Positions 18,102 through 30,037 of a stretch of DNA of 64,000 bases are shown here, one piece after another. The stretch comes from an uncultured Eubacteriales bacterium (GTDB lineage Bacteria > Bacillota > Clostridia > TANB77 > CAG-508). Numbering within the stretch: the stretch's first letter is position 1; each line of letters begins with the position of its first letter. The notes under the pieces were generated by a model that saw only the letters and a list, made by a program, of their open reading frames with translations, did not search any database and was not told the DNA's origin. Location of the stretch: NCBI GenBank assembly GCA_949840345.1, contig CATKWX010000005.1, forward strand, positions 31,977-95,976, given 5' to 3'. A program made the translations under genes and the position numbers.

Positions 18102-18836
18102 ATGTTAAATTTTGCCATTTGTGATGATAACCCAAACATATTAAGCAAAATTTCTAAAATGATAGAAGCTGTATTTATAAATAATAATTTAGATGGAAAA
18201 GTTTGCTTTACTACAACTAATCCGAGCGATCTTTTAACATTTTCTAAGAAAAGTAATATAGATGTCTATATCTTAGATATAGATTTAAAGTCTTGTATTA
18301 ATGGATTAGATTTAGCTTCTCAAATTAGATCAAATAATAAGAATGCATATTTAGTTTTTACTACTGCTCATTTAGAATATATTATGCTAGCATATAAATA
18401 TAAAACTTTTGATTATCTTGCAAAACCCATTACTATTGAAAGATTAGAAGAAACAATACTTCGTTTATTTGAAGATGCTAAATGTAGCTCAAATATATAT
18501 GTTAATATTGGCAATTCTTCTAATATGCTAAATGAAAATGATATATATTGTATAAAAAAGCAAGGTATGAAATTAATTTATTGTACTAAAGAAAAGTCTT
18601 ACGAGGCGTATAGCTCTTTTAGCAAGATTGAAGATTGTCTACCAGAAAACTTCGTTAGATGCCATAAATCTTATATAGCAAATGTTAATAAAATTTCTAA
18701 TATAAATTCTAATAATAATACTATTCAATTTGATAACTCAACAACTTGTTTAATTGGTCCAAAATATAAATTAAATTTAATGGAGGTTTTAAATAATGGA
18801 AATAATACAAACAATTTGGAATGCACTAACAACTGA
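18102..18836 (+). CDS. LytTR-family response regulator (AgrA-like)
   Basis: Receiver domain (ICDDN..DVYILDIDL) plus a C-terminal LytTR-type domain (..FVRCHKSYIANVNKI). GGAGGA SD. Confidence 0.85.
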   Translation: MLNFAICDDNPNILSKISKMIEAVFINNNLDGKVCFTTTNPSDLLTFSKKSNIDVYILDIDLKSCINGLDLASQIRSNNKNAYLVFTTAHLEYIMLAYKYKTFDYLAKPITIERLEETILRLFEDAKCSSNIYVNIGNSSNMLNENDIYCIKKQGMKLIYCTKEKSYEAYSSFSKIEDCLPENFVRCHKSYIANVNKISNINSNNNTIQFDNSTTCLIGPKYKLNLMEVLNNGNNTNNLECTNN

Positions 18837-20154
18837 AAATGCAATGCTAATAACTATACTTTCTATACCTTTAACTTTTATAGAAATTTCTGTAACTATA
18901 TTATTATCTACGGCTATTATAAATATAACCCCTTCACGTAAACAGAAACTAATAGCGATACTAATATTATCTTTAACTGGAATAATTACTAATTTATTTA
19001 TTCCTAGTCCCTTCAATACATTTATTAATATTTTAGTGTTCATTGCAACGTTTATGTTAATTTTAAAAATTAACTTTTTAAAAGCATTAGTTGCAGAAAT
19101 AATTCCATATATTTTTACATTCATAATTTTGTATATTCTAACTAATGTATATAATATCTTAACAAAATTATCAATAACTCAATTAAGTTATATACCAATG
19201 TGTAAAATGGTAACTTCTTTACTAACTTCTAGTTTAATTTACCTATTTTATATAATCTGTAAAAAATTCGATTTTAATATAACACTTTTAGATAAAATGA
19301 AGTTTTCAAATAATCTAATCTTGATAATTAACTTTTTAATAGGTATTATTTCAATATCTATTAATTTATACACATATACTACATATTCAAAAGTACTTCC
19401 TAACAGTATACTACTATTTAGTATACTATCATTAATAATATACTTTGCAGTAAGTTTATTTAGTTTATCTAGAACCACAAAATTAGAAGAAACATCTCGA
19501 GATTTAGAGGGTGAAAAATTAGTAAATAAAAGTTTAACAATTCTACATGATAATATTAGAGCCTTTAAACACGATTTTGGTAATATTGTTCAAGCAATTG
19601 GTGGATATGTTACAACTAACGATTTAGATGGACTTAAAAAATATTATACTCAACTTTTTGATGATTGCCAAAGAGTTAATAACTTAACTACCCTAAGTCC
19701 AGAAGTTATAAATAATCCTGCAATATATAGTTTACTTGCTTCTAAATATCATAAAGCAGATGAACTTGGTATAAAAATAGATTTAAAAGTATTTGTAGAT
19801 TTAAACACATTAAAAATAAAAGTATATGAACTTACAAGAATTTTAGGAATACTTTTAGATAATGCAATAGAAGCAACACTAGAATGTGATAATAAATTTA
19901 TAGACTTAGAAATAATAAAAGATGAAGCACATCGTAGAAATGCAATAATTATAAAAAATACATATTTAGATAAAGATGTTAATATTGATAGAATATTTGA
20001 AAAATCTTATTCTACAAAACCTAATAATACTGGACTTGGTTTATGGGAAGTTAGACAAATTTTAAAGAAAAATAATAATTTAGATTTATTTACAACAAAA
20101 AATGATAAGTTCTTTATTCAACAATTTGAAATATATTTTAAGCCAATAAAATAG
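18796..20154 (+). CDS. AgrC-like (HPK10) membrane sensor histidine kinase
   Basis: About 6 N-terminal TM helices, H-box FKHDFGN, and GHKL N/G boxes (LLDNAIEA, NTGLGL). Overlaps the regulator gene by 41 nt. Confidence 0.8.
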   Translation: MEIIQTIWNALTTENAMLITILSIPLTFIEISVTILLSTAIINITPSRKQKLIAILILSLTGIITNLFIPSPFNTFINILVFIATFMLILKINFLKALVAEIIPYIFTFIILYILTNVYNILTKLSITQLSYIPMCKMVTSLLTSSLIYLFYIICKKFDFNITLLDKMKFSNNLILIINFLIGIISISINLYTYTTYSKVLPNSILLFSILSLIIYFAVSLFSLSRTTKLEETSRDLEGEKLVNKSLTILHDNIRAFKHDFGNIVQAIGGYVTTNDLDGLKKYYTQLFDDCQRVNNLTTLSPEVINNPAIYSLLASKYHKADELGIKIDLKVFVDLNTLKIKVYELTRILGILLDNAIEATLECDNKFIDLEIIKDEAHRRNAIIIKNTYLDKDVNIDRIFEKSYSTKPNNTGLGLWEVRQILKKNNNLDLFTTKNDKFFIQQFEIYFKPIK

Positions 20155-20162
20155 CGATAAAA

Positions 20163-20190
20163 ATAGCACATACTTGATGTGCTATTTTCT
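20163..20190. terminator. bidirectional terminator between the kinase gene and agrD
   Basis: atagcacat-acttg-atgtgctat flanked by A- and T-runs. Confidence 0.7.
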
Positions 20191-20206
20191 TTATGTATAT
20201 TAAAAA

Positions 20207-20326
20207 TTAATCTTTTTTAATTAAGCTTGCTGGCATTTTTGGTTGATGTAAAATATTCCAAAAGAAACAAGCACTATTTGTAGATGCAGCATATTTTTCT
20301 GCTATTCTAGCTAAAAATTTTAACAT
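20207..20326 (-). CDS. agrD: AgrD-type autoinducing peptide precursor (39 aa)
   Basis: Not in the track. GAGGGGG SD then ATG 20326. MLKFLARIAEKYAASTNSACFFWNILHQPKMPASLIKKD has an amphipathic leader, a Cys, and a Q-P-x-x-P-x-x-L tail typical of clostridial AgrD. Directly downstream of agrB. Confidence 0.65.
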   Translation of the reverse strand: MLKFLARIAEKYAASTNSACFFWNILHQPKMPASLIKKD

Positions 20327-20393
20327 TTAAAATCCCCCTCTTTTGTTTTTTTCTATAATAAAACATGCTCACCGGTAAAGCATTTTATATTAT

Positions 20394-21023
20394 CTAAATT
20401 TCTTGTAATCCGTTTTTTAAATATTCTTCATACCCATATTTATTTTTTGTTAATATGTATGCAAATCTTGTTATTGCTAAACTTTCTATTAATACTCCAA
20501 ATATTAACATATTTGATATAACTGAATTCTGAATAAATAAGCTTATTGCTAATGTAATACTCATTGTTATATGAGACAAAATTTGTTTTTTCTTTCTGTC
20601 ATTTTTACTTATTATTGGAACATTTTCTGTATCTGCTGGAGCATATAATTTTATCATACACATGCTAAATATCCATACTGCTAGTACTAATATTGCTTTT
20701 ATAAAAAATTGCCCAAAAATTATGTGTTGACTTAAAATAACATTTCCGCAATAAAACAAAGTTGTTCCTACAATGCAACCTATATGTGTTTTTAAATGAA
20801 ATCCACCTGCAAAGGTTCTATATGGCATTATTACTAAAAATGATATTATAGATAGTTTTAGTATTCCTAAGGCATATGCAATTAAAAGCATTATAAATAT
20901 TTTTGGAACTTCTCCAACTACTAATTGTAACCCATAATTTATAACCTCTGCTCTTTCATCTGTTATTTCTGGCATATTTTTTCTAATCTTTACTGTTAAG
21001 TAATTGCAAAATTTTTCTATCAT
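20394..21023 (-). CDS. agrB: AgrB accessory gene regulator protein B (AIP-processing membrane peptidase)
   Basis: AgrB family pattern (YGLQLVVGE..PYRTFAGGFHLKTHIGC). ATG 21023 with GAGGTG 6 nt upstream. Confidence 0.85.
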   Translation of the reverse strand: MIEKFCNYLTVKIRKNMPEITDERAEVINYGLQLVVGEVPKIFIMLLIAYALGILKLSIISFLVIMPYRTFAGGFHLKTHIGCIVGTTLFYCGNVILSQHIIFGQFFIKAILVLAVWIFSMCMIKLYAPADTENVPIISKNDRKKKQILSHITMSITLAISLFIQNSVISNMLIFGVLIESLAITRFAYILTKNKYGYEEYLKNGLQEI

Positions 21024-21100
21024 AAAGAGCACCTCACATCACTGTGTTTATTTTATACCGCTTGTCCGCAATTTTTATTTTTTCTATATAAAAACAAAAA

Positions 21101-21143
21101 AAACATATATGAAAAATAGTTTTTTATATTTTCATATATGTTT
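21101..21143. terminator. AT-rich hairpin terminator between the WG-repeat gene and agrB
   Basis: aaacatatatgaaaaata / tatattttcatatatgttt flanked by A- and T-runs. Confidence 0.55.
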
Positions 21144-21170
21144 TTTTATGCTTTATAAATTTTATATTTG

Positions 21171-22713
21171 TTATGCCGTTGGTAAATGATTTTCGTTATC
21201 TATATTCTCTATTGGTGTTGGTTCATCTACTGGGCTTGGCTCAGGACTTGGGCTAGGGCTCGGTGTTGGTTTTTGTACCACATTTGGTGTTTCTAAGTCT
21301 AAGTTTGGTGTTGGAGTTGCATTTAAATCTATCATTCCTGGATTATCATTATTGTTTGGATTGTCTATTTCTATTCCATTTTCTCTCAAATACGTTTTTA
21401 AGTCTATAGTTCTACCTTCAAATTGTATATAATATGTTTTCTCTCCTCCTGCAACTTCTGAATATATTTTATCAAATACACAAGGCACTATTAATTTACC
21501 AATTGAATTGATTATTCCATATTTTCCATTTTGGCATACTACTATACCTGATATATCCTCTATTAATAATATATTATATGTTCTTTCTGAATTTGAAGTT
21601 GTGTAAACATATCCGGAAGCTATCCCAGTAAAAGTTTGAAATCATATTTCCTGTTATATCAAACATTCCCCATTTATTATCTTTTTTTACTGGTATACAA
21701 TTATCATATAATAATCGTGGGTTTTTTATGTCGTCTGAAGGGAATAATACAGGGTTTATACCTATTTCGTCATATTCTACATATAGTCTTCCCAATATCT
21801 TTCCATTTCTTAGCACACCTTTTTTGTTTGAAGCATTTACTGCATAATATAAACCATTTGCATTATCTAATAGCTCTATTTTGCTATAATTAATTCCTAT
21901 TTTTACAACTCCGTCTTTAGTTATAATTCCATATCTATCATTTGCTTTTACTAAAAATTCTTGAGTATTTTCTATGAATTCCATTTCATCATATTTGGTT
22001 CCTATCTTTGTTGTTACTCCGTCTAATGCAGTTACACCATATTTGTTACCACTTTTTACTACTAGCATATCGTATAAAATTGCTTTTTTATTATTAAAGT
22101 TATCACTAATTGAATCTACGTTGGTATATGCTCCCTCTTCTGCTTTATCGTTATATACTTTATATAACCCTGGAAGAGTATTTATTATTATTTGATTCGT
22201 TTTTTGATTATACATAAGTTTTAAGTTACATCCTGTTTCTAAACCAGAGCTAATTACATACAATTTATTATTGTTTCTTTTTATTGGTTCTGACATTGTA
22301 AATTCTGAATATTGATTTGTTACATCTTTAGGTGTTTTATATAAGCTATATTGCTTTAATTCATATGTAACAACCTCATCGTTACAGTCTAAATAACATT
22401 TTGTGTTATCTTCTGTATATTGTTGGTCTCCACCATATGCACCTCTATAATATTTATATCCAATTAAATTTGATATATCTTCTAATGAAACATATATATT
22501 GTTATTGTCAAATATAAAGGTTTCTTCTTTAAATGGTTTTGTCTCTCCATCTACTATTAAAGTTAGTGGTGTAGTTTTCATACTACTAAATAAAACCATA
22601 CATATTAAAACAATTATTAATAGTATAAAGCTTATTATTAATGCTATTAATACATATTTTTTTACCTTTGAATTTTCTGGTTCTTGTTTTTGTCCTAAAC
22701 TACTTATTTGCAT
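21171..22713 (-). CDS. membrane-anchored WG/KWG-repeat protein with Pro-rich tail; needs a +1 shift at in-frame CGG 21613-21615
   Basis: ORFs 21574..22713 and 21171..21488 join as ..NFYWDSF-G-YVYTTSNSERTYNILLIEDISGIVVCQNGKYGIINSIGKLIVPCVFDK.. when the C at 21615 is skipped. The +1 frame is open from 21614 to 21171. Confidence 0.6.
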
Positions 22714-22744
22714 AAATAATCACATTCCTTTCTTATGTGCAACC

Positions 22745-24909
<2,165 letters not shown>

Positions 24910-24954
24910 TTTTTGCTCCTTTTTTTATTTTAGAAATAAATAGATATATTTAGG

Positions 24955-24983
24955 CGGAACGACTTTGGGCGTCGTTCCCTACA
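24955..24983 (+). repeat. REP-like GC hairpin (S1 variant)
   Basis: c-ggaacgac-tttggg-cgtcgttcc-ctaca. Confidence 0.8.
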
Positions 24984-24984
24984 T

Positions 24985-25048
24985 CAAAATTTGCAAAGCA
25001 AATTTTGTATTATTCACTATTCACTCTTCATTATTCACTATTCATTAA
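24985..25048 (+). repeat. T module
   Basis: caaaatttgc-aaa-gcaaattttg then tattattcactattcactcttcattattcactattcatt. Confidence 0.8.
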
Positions 25049-25076
25049 TGCTATTCGGGTATGCCTTTGGGGTTGC

Positions 25077-25103
25077 GGGTCGTCGAGGACGCCGACCCCC
25101 ACA
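25077..25103 (+). repeat. REP-like GC hairpin (S2, tail CCACA)
   Basis: gggtcgtcg-agga-cgccgaccc-ccaca followed by atatttgc. Confidence 0.8.
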
Positions 25104-25120
25104 ATATTTGCTTAGTTTTT

Positions 25121-25163
25121 GGAGTGGCAGATTTTTTTAAAATTATATTTAATTGCATAATAA
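25121..25163 (+). repeat. module G (copy 1)
   Basis: ggagtggcagatttttttaaaattatatttaattgcataataa. Same 43-mer at 35080. Both follow a REP-like hairpin; a partial copy lies at about 14858-14900. Confidence 0.8.
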
Positions 25164-25199
25164 CATATTTTATGTATGTCAAAAACATTTACAATAAAT

Positions 25200-26561
25200 T
25201 TATTGCTTTATTTCTGAAATTGCCTTTGATATTGTTTTAAATATTGCCACTATATCTTCTATAATATTACTTGGCTCATGTACAAATTCTACTTCCTCAG
25301 CATTTGCAAATTCACTTTTATGTGACGGCTTTAAAGTATATACAATTTCATCTAATCCAATATACTTATTATTATCACTATCCCAGATACTACAAGTCAT
25401 ATATGCTTTGTACCAATTTTTTAAGCCTACTAATGCCTGATGCTCATATCCATATTTTTCATTATCGTGTAGTGCTGGAATAACATACCCGTATTCTATT
25501 AAATTTCTCTCCAATGAATGTAAAAACTCATGTAAAAAAACTTCTTCTGGGAATATATTTGCATATGCGCTATATTTGTATGTATAACTTTTACTACTAT
25601 CATTAGGTAATCTTATATTTGAAAATCCTATTCCATAGTAGTCCATACCACCTAGTCCTATCCAGTCATATACTGGAATTTCTTTTGTCATATCTCCTAA
25701 TCTTACTGCAATAAATATGTGGTCATAATCTTCTTTTTCTACATATGGTGCTATCAAATCTTTAACATCTATCGGATCAACATAATATCCATGATCACTA
25801 TCATAAGATACTGATGTAATTGGCTCATCTATTTCTATAACTTTATAATCTATTGACATTTTTCCGTCAGATAAAGAAGAACAAGCATTTTTTAACCTGG
25901 ACATATTATCCTTCATAGTTCTAATATCTTCATTACTCATAGAAAACTTTAATTCTTGTGTTTTTCCATTTTGCTCAAAATCTATATCTACGTTTTTCAT
26001 AATAAAACATACCATATTCCAATTTGTATCTTCTTTAGCTACTCCTTTTTCTAATTTAAAATCTGAGAACCACGCTGTACCCTTACAATTATCAGTATTT
26101 CCCCCTAGTCTAAATCCAATATCAACAGTATCATTATTTCGTGAATTAAATATAAATTCTATTTCTTGCCAATCTTGAGTTCCAGTTACACTTTTAGATG
26201 CATATACCGTATTATATAAACATATTTGTGCACCAGAGCTAGATAATTCCTTTTCGGTAACTACGTCTTCTGTTTTTACCATACATGTAACTCTATATGA
26301 AGTATTTTTTTCAACATTAACTGTTTTATAAAACATTGCATCATTATATTCTTTAGATTCCAGTTTATAACTATATGTATTTGAATACTTTACTTTACCA
26401 TCTCTTGTAAATTTAGTAGTATTTAAATTTTCTTCAGCTTTATAAAAATCATTATAATAATGTGTTTTATATACCCTATGTAAAGCGACTAATGCAACTA
26501 TTACAAGTATTATAAATATTAAAGAACCTATTTTTGATAAAATTCCAGACTTTTTACTCAT
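25200..26561 (-). CDS. membrane-anchored hypothetical protein with HExxH metallopeptidase-like motif
   Basis: N-terminal TM anchor. HEFLHSLE motif near the C-terminal third. No confident family assignment. Confidence 0.55.
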   Translation of the reverse strand: MSKKSGILSKIGSLIFIILVIVALVALHRVYKTHYYNDFYKAEENLNTTKFTRDGKVKYSNTYSYKLESKEYNDAMFYKTVNVEKNTSYRVTCMVKTEDVVTEKELSSSGAQICLYNTVYASKSVTGTQDWQEIEFIFNSRNNDTVDIGFRLGGNTDNCKGTAWFSDFKLEKGVAKEDTNWNMVCFIMKNVDIDFEQNGKTQELKFSMSNEDIRTMKDNMSRLKNACSSLSDGKMSIDYKVIEIDEPITSVSYDSDHGYYVDPIDVKDLIAPYVEKEDYDHIFIAVRLGDMTKEIPVYDWIGLGGMDYYGIGFSNIRLPNDSSKSYTYKYSAYANIFPEEVFLHEFLHSLERNLIEYGYVIPALHDNEKYGYEHQALVGLKNWYKAYMTCSIWDSDNNKYIGLDEIVYTLKPSHKSEFANAEEVEFVHEPSNIIEDIVAIFKTISKAISEIKQ

Positions 26562-26575
26562 TTAATTTATCTCCT

Positions 26576-26619
26576 CAAAATTCGAAGAATTTTGTATTCT
26601 TCATTATTTATTATTCATT
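26576..26619 (+). repeat. T module variant, abutting the SD of CDS 25200..26561
   Basis: caaaattc-gaa-gaattttg then tattcttcattatttattattcatt. Confidence 0.75.
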
Positions 26620-26642
26620 GGGCGCAATCATACGCCCCTACA
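26620..26642 (+). repeat. REP-like GC hairpin (S3)
   Basis: gggcgca-atca-tacgccc-ctaca followed by gcgtttgcaat. Confidence 0.8.
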
Positions 26643-26671
26643 GCGTTTGCAATTGGTTTATTGTCTCATTG

Positions 26672-26698
26672 CGGGCGGGCACAAGACCAGCCCCTACA
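26672..26698 (+). repeat. REP-like element (divergent)
   Basis: cgggcgggcacaagaccagcccctaca. Confidence 0.6.
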
Positions 26699-26739
26699 AA
26701 TAATTATTCACTATTAATTTGGAAATCGCTTCGTAGAAC

Positions 26740-26766
26740 GGGTCGTCGAGGACGCCGACCCCTACA
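26740..26766 (+). repeat. REP-like GC hairpin (S2)
   Basis: gggtcgtcg-agga-cgccgaccc-ctaca. Confidence 0.85.
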
Positions 26767-26767
26767 T

Positions 26768-26810
26768 CAAAATTCGAAGAATTTTGTACCCTTCATTATT
26801 CACTATTCAC
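26768..26810 (+). repeat. T module variant
   Basis: caaaattc-gaa-gaattttg then tacccttcattattcactattcac. Confidence 0.75.
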
Positions 26811-26811
26811 C

Positions 26812-26838
26812 GTAAGGTCGACCAAAGGTCGTCCTTAC
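26812..26838 (-). repeat. REP-like hairpin with GTAAGG head (reverse type)
   Basis: gtaaggtcgacc-aaa-ggtcgtccttac. Abuts the proS stop codon. Confidence 0.7.
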
Positions 26839-28280
26839 TAATATTGTCTTCCCCAAACAACCATTGTATCTGCCTTTTTTCCACAACACACACAAGTGTC
26901 TCCTAAATGTTCTTGATTAAATGGTATACATCTTGAATGTGCTCCTGTTAGTTCTTTTATTTTATCTTCACATTCAACATTACCACACCACATTGTTTTT
27001 ACATATCCTTGATTTTCGTTTATGTTTTTTACAAATTCATCTAAATTTGTTGCTATTGTTGTCTTTTTTTCTAATCTTTCTTTACATGTGTTATACATAT
27101 TTTCTTGTATCTGTTCTAATAGTTTTTCTATATTTTGTTCTATTTCTTCTATTTTTACTTCTTGTTTTTCTAATGTATCACGTCTAACTAATGTTGCAAC
27201 TCCATTTTCAATATCTCTTGGACCAATTTCTATTCTTACTGGTATTCCTCTCATTTCCCAGTCATTAAATTTGTATCCAGGAGAACAATTATCTCTTAAA
27301 TCTATATGTGCTCTATACTTTTCATTAATTTTATTATAAATTTCAGTTGCTTTTTCAGAAACTCCCTCTTTATGCTGTGCTATTGGAACAACAACTACTT
27401 GTATTGGAGCAACCTTAGGTGGTAATTTTAATCCTCTATTATCTCCATGCGCCATTATAACTGCACCTATTAGCCTTGTGCTTATTCCCCATGAGGTTTG
27501 ATATGCATATTCTTCTTTTCCTTCTCTATTTTGGAATTTTATTTCAAATGGTTTTGTAAAGTTTTGTCCAAAATAATGCGATGTTCCAGCTTGAAGTGCT
27601 CTTCCATCGTGCATTAATGTTTCTACTGTATATGTTGCAACCGCACCTGAAAATTGCTCTTTATGTGTTTTTCTTCCTTGTAAAACTGGAATTGCAAGCA
27701 ATTCTTCTATTACCTCTTTATATGTATCTAACATTTTTAACGTTAGGTTTTTAGCTTCTTCTTCTGTTTCATGTACAGTATGACCTTCTTGCCATAAGAA
27801 TTCTCTTGAACGTAAAAATGGTCTTGTTTCTTTTTCCCATCTTAATACATTACACCATTGATTTGCTACTATTGGTAAATCTCTCCAAGAATTTACCCAC
27901 TTTGAAAACATTGTTGAAAACATTGTTTCTGAAGTTGGTCTTATACAAAGCTTTTCTTCTAGTTCTTCTTGTCCTCCAATTGTTACCCAAGCTACCTCTG
28001 GAGCAAATCCTTCAACATGGTCTTTTTCTTTATTTAATAAACTTTCTGGTATTAATACTGGTAAGTATATATTTTTTACACCAATTTTTTTAAATTTTGC
28101 ATCTGTGTATTTTTGTATGTTTTCCCATATTTCATACCCATATGGTTTTATTGCAATACACCCTTTTGTATCTGTGTAGTCTGCTAAATCTGCCTTTAAT
28201 ACTATATCTGTATACCATTTAGCAAAATCCTCTTCTATATTTGTTATATCTTTAACAAAATTATTATCTTTATTACTCAT
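26838..28280 (-). CDS. proS: proline--tRNA ligase (archaeal/eukaryote-like type)
   Basis: Class II motifs, C-terminal Zn-binding domain (CIPF..CVCCGK). ATG 28280 is preferred over 28292 because of SD spacing. Confidence 0.92.
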   Translation of the reverse strand: MSNKDNNFVKDITNIEEDFAKWYTDIVLKADLADYTDTKGCIAIKPYGYEIWENIQKYTDAKFKKIGVKNIYLPVLIPESLLNKEKDHVEGFAPEVAWVTIGGQEELEEKLCIRPTSETMFSTMFSKWVNSWRDLPIVANQWCNVLRWEKETRPFLRSREFLWQEGHTVHETEEEAKNLTLKMLDTYKEVIEELLAIPVLQGRKTHKEQFSGAVATYTVETLMHDGRALQAGTSHYFGQNFTKPFEIKFQNREGKEEYAYQTSWGISTRLIGAVIMAHGDNRGLKLPPKVAPIQVVVVPIAQHKEGVSEKATEIYNKINEKYRAHIDLRDNCSPGYKFNDWEMRGIPVRIEIGPRDIENGVATLVRRDTLEKQEVKIEEIEQNIEKLLEQIQENMYNTCKERLEKKTTIATNLDEFVKNINENQGYVKTMWCGNVECEDKIKELTGAHSRCIPFNQEHLGDTCVCCGKKADTMVVWGRQY

Positions 28281-28320
28281 ATTTATTTCCATTCCTTTCT
28301 ATACATTACTATGATAATTT

Positions 28321-28430
28321 AACCCTCCGGCACTATCGTGCCACCTCCCTTAAGTAAGGGAGGCAAGGTGCTAGATATTATCTTGGCTCCCTTATTCAAG
28401 GGAGCTGTCATCGGAGATGACTGAGGGTTC
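28321..28430 (+). repeat. family D multi-hairpin module pair (M1-M2)
   Basis: M1 is ggcac-tatc-gtgcc plus cctccc-ttaagtaa-gggagg. M2 is gctccc-ttattcaa-gggagc plus gtcatc-gga-gatgac. Outer aaccctc/gagggtt. Overlaps the scpB 3' end. Confidence 0.8.
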
Positions 28431-29016
28431 TTCTGCATTCTCAATAATAGGCTCATTTTGTTCTACAAATTCATCTAATACTATTTGCTCGTTTTCATCT
28501 ATTTTGTATCTCGGAAGCTTCGGTAGTTCGTCTAATGAAGTTAATCCAAACATTTTTAAGAATTGGTTTGTTGTCCTATATCCCATTGGTTTTCCCGGAA
28601 GTTCTAATTTTCCGGGCTTCTTCAATAAGTCCAAATTCTAACAACTTATATATTGTTCCATCTACATTTACTCCCCTTACCGCTTCTATTTGTGCTCTTG
28701 TTATTTTAGGGTTATATGCAATTATTGATAAAGTTTCCATTGCAGCATTAGATATTGTTGGTTTTGCTCTATTGTCAAACAGTGGATATATGTATTCATA
28801 ATATTCTTTTTTTGTAGTTAATTGATAACAATTATTTATTTTAATTATTTCTATTCCCCTATTTTGACTTACATATTCGTCTTGTAAAGTATGTATAATT
28901 TTATCTAAATCGTCTGCACTAATTTCTAAAACAGACATTATTTCTTCTTGCTTTATTTCTCTACCTGCAGCAAATAACATTGCTTCTATTATAGATTTTA
29001 ACTTTTCTATTTCCAT
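28392..29016 (-). CDS. scpB: segregation and condensation protein B; needs a +1 shift at in-frame CGG 28612-28614
   Basis: ORFs 28576..29016 and 28392..28634 join as ..YKLLEFGLIEEA-G-KLELPGKPMGYRTTNQFLKMFGLTSLDELPKLP, matching the ScpB family. The last ~13 codons run through a repeat module. Confidence 0.8.
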
Positions 29017-29077
29017 CTAAATCCTCTTTCTTACATATATAATATTATATTATTACATTTATTTTTATAGGTGTCAA

Positions 29078-30028
29078 TTATTTTGAATCTAACTCTGATT
29101 CATCTTTTTTATATATTATTTCTTTTAATAGTCTAGTTTCAGTTAAACACCTTTCAAATTTTAATCCTTGTGCAAGTAGTCTTTTCATTCTTTCTGGCTC
29201 TACTTTTTCAAATCTTCTCTCTTTCTTTTTAAACAAATATATATTAGATTTTTGCTTTTGCCTTGCAAAAACACATATAGAATATTGTCTATCTGGTAAT
29301 GGCTGTTTATTTATGTCTTCGTCTCTATATAAATTAATTACATATACACTAGATTCACCCACACACATAGATAATGTCCTTTTTACATATCTTAATAATT
29401 CAATATATCCATCTGATTCTTTTAGTCCTTCTAAAAACATCTCATTATTTAATATGTAGTCTGTTGCATCTATTTTGTTTTTTCCTTTAATCTGACTTAT
29501 TAGTAATTTTATATCATCATCTTTATAATTTTTCCCAATCTTTTTATACCCAATTTTTTCATCAATTTCTTCTATTTCTTCATTAGAAATCTCTGTTAAC
29601 AAATAATCTCTTCGTCCAAACTCTGTGGTTCTATTTCCTACATGTATATTACTCAAATCTTGTTGTAAATCCAATTTTATTAGCCTTCCATCTTTCAATT
29701 TTGCAATATTATACATATGTGCTCCAATTCCTTCTTCGTCTGTAATTAACTCTAAACTAATGTCAAATTTCTTTGCCAATAATAGAAGGCTCTTAGCTAT
29801 TGAAGTACATATTGATAATTTTTCTCCTATTAAAAGATTTTCGTCTTCTAATCTTTGATTTGCTAATCTATATATCTTTTCCTTAGTTTTTCTATCTCCA
29901 AAATAATATTTAACATCAAATTGTTTTCTTTTGCCTAAATAAATGTATAAACACCTTAAAATTCCTAATTCACTTAGTCCTTCTGGCATTTGTTCTCTTA
30001 CTTCTTCTTCCATATTTTTAATTCTCAT
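29078..30028 (-). CDS. hypothetical protein
   Basis: 316-aa ORF with native codon usage. ATG 30028 (TAGGTG 6 nt upstream) is preferred over the GTG at 30037. No family recognised. Confidence 0.55.
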   Translation of the reverse strand: MRIKNMEEEVREQMPEGLSELGILRCLYIYLGKRKQFDVKYYFGDRKTKEKIYRLANQRLEDENLLIGEKLSICTSIAKSLLLLAKKFDISLELITDEEGIGAHMYNIAKLKDGRLIKLDLQQDLSNIHVGNRTTEFGRRDYLLTEISNEEIEEIDEKIGYKKIGKNYKDDDIKLLISQIKGKNKIDATDYILNNEMFLEGLKESDGYIELLRYVKRTLSMCVGESSVYVINLYRDEDINKQPLPDRQYSICVFARQKQKSNIYLFKKKERRFEKVEPERMKRLLAQGLKFERCLTETRLLKEIIYKKDESELDSK

Positions 30029-30037
30029 ATCTGTCAC

